A stretch of 64,000 bases of DNA from an uncultured delta proteobacterium (GCA_963789395.1 CAWBKP010000024.1:32001-96000); one strand, 5' to 3'; counted from the first letter of the stretch, positions 1 through 11,551 are shown. Numbers and translations: made by a program. The notes: generated by a model from the sequence alone, not told the origin.

Positions 1-129
1 GCGATCGATGCGCCCGGAGGAGGAGGAAAAATTCCACTGCTTCCGGAATATGTGATTGGCCGGGATGAAAATGGTATCATTTTGAGAAATTACGAGGGGA
101 AGATTTTCCGTTATCCGGATAAGGAATGA
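1..129 (+). CDS. 3' end of KamA-family radical SAM protein (lysine 2,3-aminomutase-like), partial
   Basis: Frame 1 reads AIDAPGGGGKIPLLPEYVIGRDENGIILRNYEGKIFRYPDKE*; DAPGGGGKIP and LRNYEG are typical KamA C-terminal motifs. Not in the ORF track because the window edge truncates it. Confidence 0.8.
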   Translation, partial: AIDAPGGGGKIPLLPEYVIGRDENGIILRNYEGKIFRYPDKE

Positions 130-134
130 GGGAT

Positions 135-202
135 CAGGCGCTGGGGGGGATTTTCCGGCAGGTCGCCTGAAATCCCCCTTGACCCCCCTTTCTAAAGGGA
201 GG
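135..202. repeat. GC-rich palindromic REP-like element / likely bidirectional terminator between convergent genes
   Basis: tcaggcg...cgcctga and gggggattt...aaatccccc inverted repeats followed by cccccctttctaaagggagg. Confidence 0.5.
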
Positions 203-221
203 AAGCATTCTCAGGGTAAAA

Positions 222-1172
<951 letters not shown>

Positions 1173-1750
1173 TTATGAGTGATTGGTTACAAATCATTGG
1201 CACGGCCCACTGTGGTTTGAAAGCGGGCAAGCCCAAAGCATGCATTCATTTTATTTATGCAATCAATATAAAAAACGTTGTTACTGTCAATTGCGTTTTA
1301 TCGCTTATCCGTGGAAAACACATTGTTTTATCTATATGTTAATATTGATAATAACTAATTATAATGGATTTAGTAAAAAAGTGTCACAGAGGCGGTATCA
1401 AATAATAACTTATTGATATAAAATATGTATTATTGCTTAAAACCATAGTAAGAATTAAAAACGTAACGATGTTTCTTTTTTTGATATATGAATGATTTTG
1501 TTCTGTCAAGCAGAAAATGGTGTAAACATTTTGAAAGGATGATGGATTCTATTGAGATGTCGATTGCATGTATGATATTTTACTTGAAAACCATTTTCGG
1601 ATAGGACAAAAATACGACATAGAACCTAACAAAGCGCATAATAAAACCATCTATTGCAATTGAAAAATAAAAAAATTGGACAGGATATCAGCCGTTGAAG
1701 CCTGATGTCGTGTACCAGCCTGATGACAATTTTTAACAAAGGGGAAAAAC

Positions 1751-3097
1751 ATGATGGAGTTTGTCGTGATCGGCGGCGATGCCGCAGGGATGAGTGGGGC
1801 CAGTCGGACAAAACGGAATCGACCCGATATCCGGGTGACGGTTATCGAAAAAACCCATGATGTTTCATACAGCGCGTGCGGCATGCCATACAATATCGCC
1901 GATCCGTCCCGCCCTATGGAGGATTTGGTCGTCCGTGAGGCCGATGCCTTCCGAAAACAGGGCATTGAAATATTGGCGGGCCATCATGCAACCCACATCG
2001 ATCGATCGGTAAAATCCGTCAGCGGCCGGACTTCGGAAGGAAATCCTTTTTCTGTTTCCTACGACACGCTGCTGATTGCAACGGGCGCATCTGCGATTGT
2101 TCCGGATATTCCGGGGCTTGATTTGCCGGGCGTCTGGGTGTTGAAGCATCTTGAAGACGGGCGGCGGATCAAACAATTCATTCAGGATGCCGATGTGAAA
2201 CGAACGGTAATAATCGGCATGGGATATATTGCCATGGAGATGTGCGAAGCCCTTCGGGAGCGCAATATTCATGTCAGCATGATCAAGCCCGGACCCGGAT
2301 TGTTGCCCTGGATGGAATCGCAGTTGTCCGCGGTCGTTCAGCAGGAGCTGGAAGCAAGTGGAGTTGCGCTCTATCCCGGTGTTCGGATTCTTGGCGTTGA
2401 GCAGGGCAAAAAGGGACTGATGATTCATGGTGAAGGCGTTGACATCGAGGCGGATATGGTCATTGTTGCAGTCGGCGTCCGTCCAAACAGCGTCATTGCG
2501 GTTGAAGCCGGGCTGGAGACCAGCGTTCATCGGGCGATTTCAACGGACGGTTTCCTGAGAACATCGGATCCCTGCATTTATGCAGCCGGAGACTGCGCGG
2601 ATGCCGTCCATGCGGTCACAGGAGAAAAGGTCTGGATTCCGCTGGCGCTTCGTGCAAACCGGGCCGGATGGGCTGTTGCAGACAATGTCTGCGGAAAACC
2701 GGTATCCTTGCCTGGGATTGTTGGAACCGCGGTGTTCAAGGTGCTGGGTCTGGAAGTTGCCCGAACCGGGATGACGGTTCAGGAGGCTACTGCTGCAGGA
2801 CTTCATCCGGTTTCAAGCGTCATTCAAAGCAGATCCCGGGCGCATGCTCACCCGGGTGCATCTCAGATCTGGGTTCAGATGGTGGGTGATCAAAACACCG
2901 GAAAACTTCTGGGCGCGCAGATGGTTGGCAGGGAGGGCGCCGCGCATCGCATCAATGCCGTGGCCGTTGCCCTGCATAACCGGATGACGGTTGAAGATTT
3001 CAGCCGCACCGATCTGGCCTATGCCCCGCCGTTCGGACCGGTATGGGATCCGCTTTTGACGGCCGCCAATCAACTGCTGAAAAAGATCGCCCGGTAA
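1751..3097 (+). CDS. CoA-disulfide reductase / NADH oxidase-peroxidase family flavoprotein
   Basis: GGDAAGMS, SYSACGMPY single redox Cys, ATGA, IYAAGDC, C-terminal DLAYAPPF. Confidence 0.9.
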   Translation: MMEFVVIGGDAAGMSGASRTKRNRPDIRVTVIEKTHDVSYSACGMPYNIADPSRPMEDLVVREADAFRKQGIEILAGHHATHIDRSVKSVSGRTSEGNPFSVSYDTLLIATGASAIVPDIPGLDLPGVWVLKHLEDGRRIKQFIQDADVKRTVIIGMGYIAMEMCEALRERNIHVSMIKPGPGLLPWMESQLSAVVQQELEASGVALYPGVRILGVEQGKKGLMIHGEGVDIEADMVIVAVGVRPNSVIAVEAGLETSVHRAISTDGFLRTSDPCIYAAGDCADAVHAVTGEKVWIPLALRANRAGWAVADNVCGKPVSLPGIVGTAVFKVLGLEVARTGMTVQEATAAGLHPVSSVIQSRSRAHAHPGASQIWVQMVGDQNTGKLLGAQMVGREGAAHRINAVAVALHNRMTVEDFSRTDLAYAPPFGPVWDPLLTAANQLLKKIAR

Positions 3098-3131
3098 TGG
3101 GGATGCGGAAAGTTCAAAGGATGCTCTGTGG

Positions 3132-5735
3132 TTATTTTCTTTTTTTCACGCGATTTGTCGCCTGAGCCGTTACAGGGTCATCCGGCCAGTGATGCTTGGG
3201 ATAGCGGCCCATCAAGTCTTTTTTAACTTCAAAATACGTATGTGCCCAGAAGCTTTTTAAATCTCGGGTCATCTGGACCGGTCGTCCGGCCGGTGACAGC
3301 AGGTGAATCAGAAGAGGTGATTTTCCGGCGGCGATGGTCGGTGTTTCGGTGGCGCCAAACATCTCCTGTAGCCGAACGGCCAGCACAGGAGTATCGCCGC
3401 TGATATAGTCAATGGGAATGCGGGAGCCGCTGGGAACCGTAAAATGGGTAGGAGCCAGAATATCAAGCGCCTGCCGCTGTTTCCAGGATAGGGTGGCAGC
3501 CAGCGCGCTGGAAAGGTCCAGTCGCCGTAGATGCTCTCCTCTTGTGATACCATTAAGATAAGGCAGCAACCATTCATCGAGTGTGTTTATCAGGGTTTCA
3601 TCCGTTACATCCGGCCATTCCATCCCATCGGCATTCAGGCGGCGCAGGAGCAGCACGCGGGCTTGCCATGTGCGAAGGGCTTGGGTCCACGGCAGCAGGT
3701 GAATGCCTGTTTGTCGGATACCGTCGCACATGGCTTCGGCGATTTGCAACGGGTCCGGCTTCAGCAGGGGAAAGTCCTTCAGCACGGCTTTTCCGAAAAG
3801 CACTTCCCGGCGAGCCTTGACCGTCTGGTTTCTGTGATCCCAGGCAATTTCCGACTTTTCGGTGATCTGTTCTGGAAAATGGTTGATGAGGGTTTCATAC
3901 GAAACCGGTGCGGCAAGGAAAATCTTTGTCTCCTGCTGCTCCCCGTCCAATGATGGTGCTACCAGATATGGTTCAGTCAACAGCGGCTCCGTATCTGCAA
4001 AGTAAGCGCCACGGCCGTTGGATAACCGGTAGCGGAGGGTATCTCCCGGCCGCCTGCTCGCGATCCGGTCCGGATAGGCAAAGGCCAGCAGCAGGCCACA
4101 TGCCTCCAGTGGCGTTTGAAGCCCCTGACATTGCAATCGCGATTTCAAGTGATCTGCGGTTTTCAGTACCCGCCGGCAGGTGGAGATATCCACGGTCAAG
4201 TCGGCGACATCACTTCCTGATGAAACCTTGCGCCGCGAGTCTGTCCCTAAGGAACGCAGTTCAGCCACCCGAAGGCGCATGTCCGTATCGCGTTGCCCCG
4301 GCGGGAAAAACAGAATATCTCTTTCTTCCAAAAGTGCGGCCAGCTCGCAGGCAAGATCCCCCAAGCCAAGGGATTTCCCGCTGCAGATCATGTGCCCCAG
4401 TCGCGGGTGAAGTCCCAGGCCGGATAACTTTTTGCCGTGCCCGGTGATCTGTCCCTGGCTGTCCAATGCTCCCAGACGGATCAAGAGCATTCTGGCCTGA
4501 TTGAAAGCCGCATCAGGCGGCGGGTCAAGCCAGGAAAGCCGGTTTGGATCTGAAATCCCCCAGGCAGCCAGCTCAAGCGCCAGCGGGGTCAGGTCCGTGT
4601 TCAGGATTTCCGGGCTGCCATGAGACGGCAGCAATCTGTGACGGTCTTTGGACCATAATCGATAGCAGATGCCCGGTTCAAGGCGGCCGGCACGGCCCCG
4701 TCGCTGGTCCGCCGTATCCCGGTTGACGGGGATGGTTATTAACCGGGCCATGCCGCTTCCGACATCATATCTGGAAACGCGCATCAATCCGGAATCGATG
4801 ACGATCCGAATGCCTTCGATGGTTAAGCTGGTTTCGGCAATGGATGTTGACAGAACGATTTTTCGCTTGCCGATGGGCGCCGGTTCAATCGCCAGATCCT
4901 GGGATTTGCCGGGCAGGCCGCCATAAAGAGGGGCGATCAATATCGAGGAATCGGGCTGCACGCTAATCAGACGGTCACGGACCTGCCTGATTTCACGGAT
5001 GCCCGGCAAAAAAACAAGAATGCTGCCATTTTCTTCCCGCAGCGCATGCAAAACCGCATTGGTTATGGATACCGCCGTGCTCAAGGGTTCAGATCCGGGG
5101 CGGTATCGGGTTTCCACTGGAAATTGCCGTCCCTGTACCTGAACAATGGGGGCCTTTCCCATAAGGGCGGAGATAACTTCGGTATCGAGTGTGGCCGACA
5201 TCACAAGGAGCCTTAGATCCGGGCGAAACCCTTCCTGGCTGTCCAGGCAAAGGGCCAGGCCCGTATCGGCATGAATGCTGCGCTCATGAAATTCGTCGAA
5301 AATGACAAGTCCGATACCGGTAAGTGCCGGATCATTTTGAATAAAGCGGGTCAGAACGCCTTCTGTGACCACTTCGATTCGTGTGGCAGCGCTCACTTTC
5401 CGCTCCAGTCGCATCCGATACCCGACGGTTTGACCTACTGCTTCATTCATCAGGTACGCCATGCGTCTTGCCGCTGCCCGGGCAGCCAGGCGGCGGGGTT
5501 CCAGCAAAATGATTTTTTGTCCCGCCAGCCATGCTTCGGTGTAGAGGGAAAGCGGAACCAGGGTCGTTTTGCCGGCCCCCGGTGGCGCTGCAAGGACTGC
5601 ATTCCGGTGTGTCTGAAGGACCCGTTTAAGTTCCGGAAGATGCGCTTCGATGGGAAGAGATGTTGCAGCTGTTGCCAAGGAACTGATCCGAATAGATTGA
5701 ATGAAAACGATTCCATCTCTGCAGGCCGATGGCAT
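3132..5735 (-). CDS. hrpB: ATP-dependent RNA helicase HrpB (true start probably slightly downstream)
   Basis: APPGAGKTT, DEFHERS, MSATL, STSIAETSLTIEG, QRRGRAGR, C-terminal RYPKHHWP. Confidence 0.95.
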   Translation of the reverse strand: MPSACRDGIVFIQSIRISSLATAATSLPIEAHLPELKRVLQTHRNAVLAAPPGAGKTTLVPLSLYTEAWLAGQKIILLEPRRLAARAAARRMAYLMNEAVGQTVGYRMRLERKVSAATRIEVVTEGVLTRFIQNDPALTGIGLVIFDEFHERSIHADTGLALCLDSQEGFRPDLRLLVMSATLDTEVISALMGKAPIVQVQGRQFPVETRYRPGSEPLSTAVSITNAVLHALREENGSILVFLPGIREIRQVRDRLISVQPDSSILIAPLYGGLPGKSQDLAIEPAPIGKRKIVLSTSIAETSLTIEGIRIVIDSGLMRVSRYDVGSGMARLITIPVNRDTADQRRGRAGRLEPGICYRLWSKDRHRLLPSHGSPEILNTDLTPLALELAAWGISDPNRLSWLDPPPDAAFNQARMLLIRLGALDSQGQITGHGKKLSGLGLHPRLGHMICSGKSLGLGDLACELAALLEERDILFFPPGQRDTDMRLRVAELRSLGTDSRRKVSSGSDVADLTVDISTCRRVLKTADHLKSRLQCQGLQTPLEACGLLLAFAYPDRIASRRPGDTLRYRLSNGRGAYFADTEPLLTEPYLVAPSLDGEQQETKIFLAAPVSYETLINHFPEQITEKSEIAWDHRNQTVKARREVLFGKAVLKDFPLLKPDPLQIAEAMCDGIRQTGIHLLPWTQALRTWQARVLLLRRLNADGMEWPDVTDETLINTLDEWLLPYLNGITRGEHLRRLDLSSALAATLSWKQRQALDILAPTHFTVPSGSRIPIDYISGDTPVLAVRLQEMFGATETPTIAAGKSPLLIHLLSPAGRPVQMTRDLKSFWAHTYFEVKKDLMGRYPKHHWPDDPVTAQATNRVKKRK

Positions 5736-5823
5736 CTTTTTTTGACGATCACTAAATGGTTAACGAATTTAATGATTGTGAATGGACAAAAGAATAGGAT
5801 GCAGGTATCGGATAAAAAGTCGT

Positions 5824-6099
5824 CTATTCATTGATGCAGCTTCTTTTCTGCGCCTGCTTGATCAACTGAAGCAAACCGGTAATTTTGGGTTTTGGCCGGC
5901 TTTTCAACAGATTTTCAAAATCCCGATTCGAAAGCTTGTTTTTGAGGTAGTTCATCACGTCAAAATACTCCCACCAGCAATCACAGATCTTGAAGCAGGG
6001 CAGGGTGTCATCGCCTACATCCAGACAATATCCGAATTTAACGGGCCCTCCAAGCCTGGGGCAGCGCCGTTCCATATCAAGATTCTCAAGTTCCGACAT
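5824..6099 (-). CDS. Small Cys-rich hypothetical protein
   Basis: 91 aa with CPRLGGPVKFGYC...PCFKICDCW; AAGGAG RBS; co-oriented with the hydrolase and hrpB. Confidence 0.75.
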   Translation of the reverse strand: MSELENLDMERRCPRLGGPVKFGYCLDVGDDTLPCFKICDCWWEYFDVMNYLKNKLSNRDFENLLKSRPKPKITGLLQLIKQAQKRSCINE

Positions 6100-6129
6100 T
6101 TACAGCTCCTTCCGGTTCACGTTCGTTTA

Positions 6130-6900
6130 CTACCGTAGATTCCGGGTTAAAAAGCCATGAATTGCCTGATTCACTTCAAGCGGCTTTTCAATGGGGGAGA
6201 AATGCCCTGCTCCTTCGATGACTGCCATTTCAGCATTTTTAATGCTGTTTGCTATAAAGGTTCCGTATTTTACCGGGGTTAATTTATCATCGGTTGCAGT
6301 CAGTACAAGAACCGGTACTTTGATCAACCCAAGTTTATCCGTTACGTTGAAACCGTCGCATGCCCGAAAGTCACCCGATGCAACAGCCGGCCGGCATATC
6401 GTACACGCCTCGATTTCAGGCCGAAGCTTTTCAGCGTTGCTTTTTCCAGAAATGGCAAAGGAAAAAAGACTTTCCACAAAGTCTTTGTAGTTTTTTTCGA
6501 TTGTTTCAAAGATTACTGGTAATACTTTTAATCTTGCACCGGTGTTGATAAGAATACCTGCGGAGAAACGCTCCCTGTGGCTGAAAAGTAGCTGCTGCGT
6601 AATGGCACCGCCCATGCTCAGCCCGCAAGGAACAGGCCTTGGCGCCTGGATCATATCAATAAAATGGAGAACCGCATCGGCATAGTCGGAGACGTTTTCT
6701 TTGCCCGGACCTTGACTGGTGCCATGGCCGGGAAGATCAATCGCAAGCGTATTCACAATTTCTGAAAAATATTCAACCTGCGGTTTCCAGAAAGCATTAT
6801 TTGAAGCCGCCCCATGAATAAAAATCAATGTCGGCTTGTCCGGATCAAGCGGCCAGTGGCTTGCAGTAAATCCGATTCCCCCCATTTCCAGATTTTCCAC
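6130..6900 (-). CDS. Alpha/beta hydrolase
   Basis: FIHGA, DLPGHG, GLSMGG nucleophile elbow, D-K-L-T-P, AGHF; GGAGGG RBS before the GTG. Confidence 0.9.
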   Translation of the reverse strand: MENLEMGGIGFTASHWPLDPDKPTLIFIHGAASNNAFWKPQVEYFSEIVNTLAIDLPGHGTSQGPGKENVSDYADAVLHFIDMIQAPRPVPCGLSMGGAITQQLLFSHRERFSAGILINTGARLKVLPVIFETIEKNYKDFVESLFSFAISGKSNAEKLRPEIEACTICRPAVASGDFRACDGFNVTDKLGLIKVPVLVLTATDDKLTPVKYGTFIANSIKNAEMAVIEGAGHFSPIEKPLEVNQAIHGFLTRNLR

Positions 6901-7354
6901 GATAAATCCCCTCCTTCAATATTTTATTGTGTTCTTTTATGTCAATGTTACCAGTGATCGCCGCTCTTGATCAGTCTGAGATCAGCCCGATGTCACAGAT
7001 TTCTTCAATGGCTGTTCTTCATAATAATTGCTAAAGTTTTCTGATTGCATAGGTATCATATGGTTTTTATTAAAAATACAATGTGTTCATAGTGACGGAA
7101 ATCAACTGCCATGTCAATCAATAAGCGATTCCTGCCTGTGGAAAAGTTGCTATTTAAGACCCTGGGCGGCGAGGCAGGAGAGTTTTTTGTGATGCCATCA
7201 ATAAATGTAACCTTTGCCGTTTATAATCGTTTTACATACAAAAGCTAACGAGCGCGCCGATAGTCATTCAAAACCAGGGGGATATTTTCCGTCGAAAGGC
7301 GGTGATCTCCATTTCAAAACAACTCAAATTACCGAAAAGCAAAAGGAGAATGTA

Positions 7355-7885
7355 ATGAAAAAGCACTTTGTCAGCATGATTATGTTATTTGTATTAGGCT
7401 TGTTCGGGGCGGGAATGTGTCTTGCCGGACAGGGTAATGGACCCGGAAATGGGACCGGGCCGATTCATGACATTTTTTCGGGGGTTCTGTTTACGTTTGA
7501 CGGAGAGGTGGTAAGTTGTGCACAAGGTGGCGGGATGACGCTTGATACCACCGATGGTGAAGTGCTGCTTTACGGCATCGGGCCGGACTATTACTGGGAG
7601 AAACTGGGAGTAGATCATCCGGCAATCGGAGATATTTTGACTGCAACCGGTTATACCGTTGATTACAATGGCATTGATAGAAATGTGGTCACTTCGATAA
7701 CAATTGATGGCATAACTGTTGATTTGCGAGATCCGGAAACCGGAAAACCCTTATGGCGGGGAACCAAAGGGTGCGCCGGATCCGGCTGTTCAACCGGTTT
7801 CGGGAATTCCGGTAGCTCCGGTGGAAATGCCGGATCGGGAGGTCCCGCTTCCTCTGGTGGTTCTAAAGGGGGAGCGTGTAAATAG
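7355..7885 (+). CDS. Secreted protein with OB-fold-like core and Gly/Ser-rich tail
   Basis: AAGGAG RBS then ATG at 7355; signal peptide MKKHFVSMIMLFVLGLFGAGMCLA; GIGPDYYW...GD...LRDPETGKPLW core. Confidence 0.75.
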   Translation: MKKHFVSMIMLFVLGLFGAGMCLAGQGNGPGNGTGPIHDIFSGVLFTFDGEVVSCAQGGGMTLDTTDGEVLLYGIGPDYYWEKLGVDHPAIGDILTATGYTVDYNGIDRNVVTSITIDGITVDLRDPETGKPLWRGTKGCAGSGCSTGFGNSGSSGGNAGSGGPASSGGSKGGACK

Positions 7886-7927
7886 CGGTAGAGGTGTCCC
7901 TTCTCATTTTACCCGTCTGTTTACCTC

Positions 7928-7964
7928 TTGAAAAGGTTCTTTCGCTCTGAAAGAACCTTTTCAA
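7928..7964. terminator. Perfect 16-bp stem hairpin, probable terminator
   Basis: ttgaaaaggttctttc-gctct-gaaagaaccttttcaa, about 40 nt after the stop at 7885. Confidence 0.7.
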
Positions 7965-8225
7965 ACAATTACTGCTGAAAATATCTTGTATCACCTTCGC
8001 TTCAAGCACCCCAGTCATTATTATTTGATTTGACCAATGGTTGAAGATTCCATAAAATCATGGCGATTAAATCCATTTGAATATAGCCTGTAGCAGGTGT
8101 CTTCAAAAAACGGGATGAACGTACGCAAAAAAAATCAAATAAATTCTGTCTGCTTACCCCGACCGAATCCATGTCTTTCAGAATAAACTGTGTAGCCTGA
8201 TAAAGAGAACAGGAGGGATGCTGTC

Positions 8226-9041
8226 GTGCCAAAACCACTTAACGCCATGGCCATTTTTCAGCTCCTGGACAAGTCCAACTGCAGGCAGTGCGGCGAAAAA
8301 ACCTGCATGGCCTTTGCCGGAGCCGTATTCACGGGCCGTCGCCCGCTGTCGGAATGCCCCAGGCTGGACCGGCGTCTCCTCGATGAGTATTCCGATGATC
8401 CTCGAAACGGGTATGATGTGGAACAAAACCGGGATGATTTTCTGGAAAATCTCAAAAATCAGATCCAGGATGTCGATTTGAAGGCCGCAGCAGGGCGAAC
8501 CGGCGGGCGGTATGAAAACGACAGCCTGATTATCAAAGTGATGGGCAAGGATTTTGCCATCACCCAAAAGGGTATGATTTCAACCGACATACATGTCAAT
8601 CCATGGGTGACGGCCCCGTTTCTTAATTATGTTCTGTATGGAAAAGGCATGGATCCCACCGGTGACTGGCGGTCATTCCGAGAGCTGGCGGACGGCAGGG
8701 AAAGGTATCCGTTGTTTCAGAAGCGATGTGAGGAACAGATGAAACAGGTGGCGGACAGCTACACCGAACTTTTTGACGACATGGTGCATCTTTTTAATGG
8801 TAAGCAGGTGGATCCGCAGTTCCAATCGGATATCTCAGTCGTGCTTCATCCCCTGCCAAAGGTGCCCATTATGGTGTGTTACTGGCTGCCGGAAGAGGGG
8901 ATGCAATCCAGCCTTAATGTGTTTTTTGATCAGACAGCCGATAAAAATCTCGATATCGGATCGATTTTCAGTTTAGGGGCAGGGTTGGCGCAGATGTTCA
9001 CCCGTCTGGCCAGAAGGCATGGGTTGGCGATGTCTCACTAA
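8226..9041 (+). CDS. Fe-S domain (CFeSP-gamma/RnfB N-terminal type) + DUF3786 protein
   Basis: NCRQCGEKTCMAFA...ECP cluster motif; PLPKVPI...FDQTADKNLD DUF3786-type C-terminus; GGAGG RBS. Confidence 0.8.
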   Translation: MPKPLNAMAIFQLLDKSNCRQCGEKTCMAFAGAVFTGRRPLSECPRLDRRLLDEYSDDPRNGYDVEQNRDDFLENLKNQIQDVDLKAAAGRTGGRYENDSLIIKVMGKDFAITQKGMISTDIHVNPWVTAPFLNYVLYGKGMDPTGDWRSFRELADGRERYPLFQKRCEEQMKQVADSYTELFDDMVHLFNGKQVDPQFQSDISVVLHPLPKVPIMVCYWLPEEGMQSSLNVFFDQTADKNLDIGSIFSLGAGLAQMFTRLARRHGLAMSH

Positions 9042-9083
9042 TCGGGTCGATGCTGATTCCGGAAAAAGCCGCCCCTGTCATCA

Positions 9084-9455
9084 TTACACATCCCAGAGCC
9101 GGAGCAGACGTTTTCCTTCCTTGAGCTCGCCGCGCAACTTCTCCATATGACGCAGGGTGGCAACTTCGCGCTCCAGATCCGTCTCGTTGATTTGAAGTCG
9201 AGCCAATATCTTTCCGGGCTCAGTGGGCCCTTCCTTTCGAACCAAAGCAAGAATCTCTTTTTGAAGCGGGGTTAGCTGGGATTCATAATCCTGGTTATTG
9301 ACAAACGACTTGGCGCTGTATACGGCCCAGGGTTCGCATGCCTTTGCCGGAGAAAGCTTTTCCATGTAGCAATCCTCGCAAAGTATCTGGCCAAGATGGT
9401 GTCTGTCTTCCCCCTCGGCGATATTGATTTTGCATTTTTCGCACTGCAGCACCAT
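9084..9455 (-). CDS. Hypothetical protein with Cys zinc-finger-like N-terminus and winged-helix-like C-terminus
   Basis: CEKC...LCEDCY...CEPWAV; REVATLRHMEKLRG; GGAGGG RBS. Confidence 0.8.
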   Translation of the reverse strand: MVLQCEKCKINIAEGEDRHHLGQILCEDCYMEKLSPAKACEPWAVYSAKSFVNNQDYESQLTPLQKEILALVRKEGPTEPGKILARLQINETDLEREVATLRHMEKLRGELKEGKRLLRLWDV

Positions 9456-9481
9456 GCCCCTCCCTCATGTAGATTTTCGTC

Positions 9482-9625
9482 TCACACCCCCAGATGCCGG
9501 GTCATGCTTTCCAAGAGCTTATTGGCCGGTGCCGCACCTTCAGCACGGCGGCCAAATTCGCTGATGATTTTACCCTGAACCATTGCCTTTGTAAAGACCG
9601 GATCAAAGAAGATCCGGTCCATCAT
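9482..9625 (-). pseudogene. 3' remnant of a MinD-like P-loop ATPase with ferredoxin insert (COG1149-type)
   Basis: DRIFFDPVFTKAMVQGKIISEF resembles that family's C-terminal G-x-I-P-F-D-x-x-F-T-x-A-M-V-x-G segment; no upstream P-loop is present. Confidence 0.5.
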
Positions 9626-9868
9626 TGTACAGGAAACATGTCGATGCCGTTTTATGATAATATTTTGACTGGTCGTGCGGCAAAATGGTATGAGAACAGG
9701 TCCGGGCCGAAGTCTTTCAGCCAACAAGCTCTTGCCATTGTTGCTTCGCTTGCTCCGGAAGAATTCCATGAAACTTCAGAATGCCGGGGAGACTTTGCCA
9801 GTTTACCAGTCTGTCCCGGTGAGAAAGCTGCCGAAAAATGCTGAATGCCTTGATGGCCTATCCGTGAC

Positions 9869-11551
9869 CTAAGGGGTGGTCTTGATTTCATCCTGATGCG
9901 CATTGATTCTGTCCTGTTTGGACCATGGAAGCTTCAGATAGTTCTTGATCATGCGCAAGGGATTGCCGGCTTTGGGATCAGTGACTTTTGACTTTGCAGG
10001 CGAAACACGCTGCCGTTTCGATTGAATTTTTTGCAGCCGTGACTGTCCGAGATGATATGTCCGAATCGCTATCGCCACCTGATCCGCCAGCATCTGCAGA
10101 AGTTTTATTTGGGGTTTGAGGTTTGTGAATTCCATCAGATCCAGACCCAGTACAATCACACCTACTTCTTCGCCATAGGCTGCCATTGGGATACAGGCGA
10201 TGCCCTCCTTATCAAAAAGTTGGATGATTTCTTTGTCCAATGTACCGGGTGCATCGTCTCTGGATCGATTAAAGGAGTTAACGACCATTCGGGTATGAAG
10301 AGACTCAATCAAGAGGCTTTTGTCCATCTTCATCGGAACAATCAGGTCTTTGATTATTGCGGATTTTTCGGCATCCGGAAGGGCTACCCCCAGAAGTGCG
10401 TTGCCTGCGGAGTCGCAGGAAAAGAAAAGAAATGTGCCGAGATCAAAAAGTATTTGGAGTCCTTGAGCGGCTTCCGTCCATATTGCCGTTTCATCGGTCG
10501 CGCCCAGCAGATTCTGGACGGTGTTCAGTAACAGTGACCTTTCCCATACTTCTTTGGTAAGATTTATTTCCTTGTCACGGTCATTTTTCGAATATTCAAA
10601 ATCATTGGCCTTGAACGGCTCTATTTCAATATTTAAAGATTCGGCCATCGTCTTTAATTCGTCATCGGTCTGGTGCAAAAATTCTTCGGAATCAGAATGC
10701 GTGAATCCAAATAATTTTTCAGATGCAGTGAAACCTTCACTGATTTTCTGATCGGAATCATTGCTCAGTAAGTTTGACACATAGATAAATTGGGCCAAGG
10801 GAGGTGCGGTCAGCATACTGTAAAGCGAGTGGTGGTGACATAGTACCGCGTCGACGATATTGTGTTTAAAATTCCACTTCTTCAGCAGCCAGGCCCCGAT
10901 TTCAGCATGATTTGCGCCCAACTGGGTTTCTCCAGCCAGGATTAACTCTGGTTGTCCCTTTCTTTTTTTGAGAAGATCTGAATATTGATCCGGAAAATTT
11001 ATCCAGAGAACGATCTTGCCGAGGTCATGGAGCATTCCAAACAGGAAAGCTTCTTCCGGGTCATGAAATTTTTGTTTCTTGGCGATTGATTTTGCCAGGA
11101 TTGCGCACCGTAATGAGTGCCACCAGAAGTGTTTTAAATTAAAACCTGCTCCGGATTTGACTTTCTGGAAAACTTCATGAACGGAACTGCAGATGGCAAT
11201 ATTCTTGATGGCATTTGTTCCCAGAAAGATGACGGCTCCCTCAACATTGCGGATTTGGTTGTCTTTTGAATAGTACGCCGAGTTCACCAGTTTAAGGACC
11301 CGGCTGGATAGAGCCGGATCTTTTTCGATGATGCCGGAGATTTCCTTGAGGCTGCCACTGTCCGAATTGCAGGTTTTGATCAGCTGCAAGAGAATATGCG
11401 GAAGTGTCGGTATATGATTTAACCGAGATAGTTTTTCCAATAAAGTCTTGTCTAAATACATAATGCGAAAAACCTTATGTGAAAGGGGGCAGCGTGTGAC
11501 ACCATGCCGAAAGAAAACAACACGAAAAAATGTCGGCTTATGGCTAAACAT
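9869..11551 (-). CDS. HDOD + GAF signalling protein with decayed histidine-kinase tail (start probably at MYLDK, near 11461)
   Basis: PTLPHIL, DPALSSRVLKLVNSAYY, FWWHS, GMLHDLGK, HAEIGAWL (HDOD); CIPM...GVIVLG...LADQVAIAI (GAF). Confidence 0.85.
   Translation of the reverse strand: MFSHKPTFFRVVFFRHGVTRCPLSHKVFRIMYLDKTLLEKLSRLNHIPTLPHILLQLIKTCNSDSGSLKEISGIIEKDPALSSRVLKLVNSAYYSKDNQIRNVEGAVIFLGTNAIKNIAICSSVHEVFQKVKSGAGFNLKHFWWHSLRCAILAKSIAKKQKFHDPEEAFLFGMLHDLGKIVLWINFPDQYSDLLKKRKGQPELILAGETQLGANHAEIGAWLLKKWNFKHNIVDAVLCHHHSLYSMLTAPPLAQFIYVSNLLSNDSDQKISEGFTASEKLFGFTHSDSEEFLHQTDDELKTMAESLNIEIEPFKANDFEYSKNDRDKEINLTKEVWERSLLLNTVQNLLGATDETAIWTEAAQGLQILFDLGTFLFFSCDSAGNALLGVALPDAEKSAIIKDLIVPMKMDKSLLIESLHTRMVVNSFNRSRDDAPGTLDKEIIQLFDKEGIACIPMAAYGEEVGVIVLGLDLMEFTNLKPQIKLLQMLADQVAIAIRTYHLGQSRLQKIQSKRQRVSPAKSKVTDPKAGNPLRMIKNYLKLPWSKQDRINAHQDEIKTTP

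Noticed and set aside
7278..7310. c-di-GMP-I/GEMM riboswitch suggested by the ccgtc-gaaa-ggcgg hairpin
   Set aside because: The second stem and the conserved GCAAA/receptor elements are absent.
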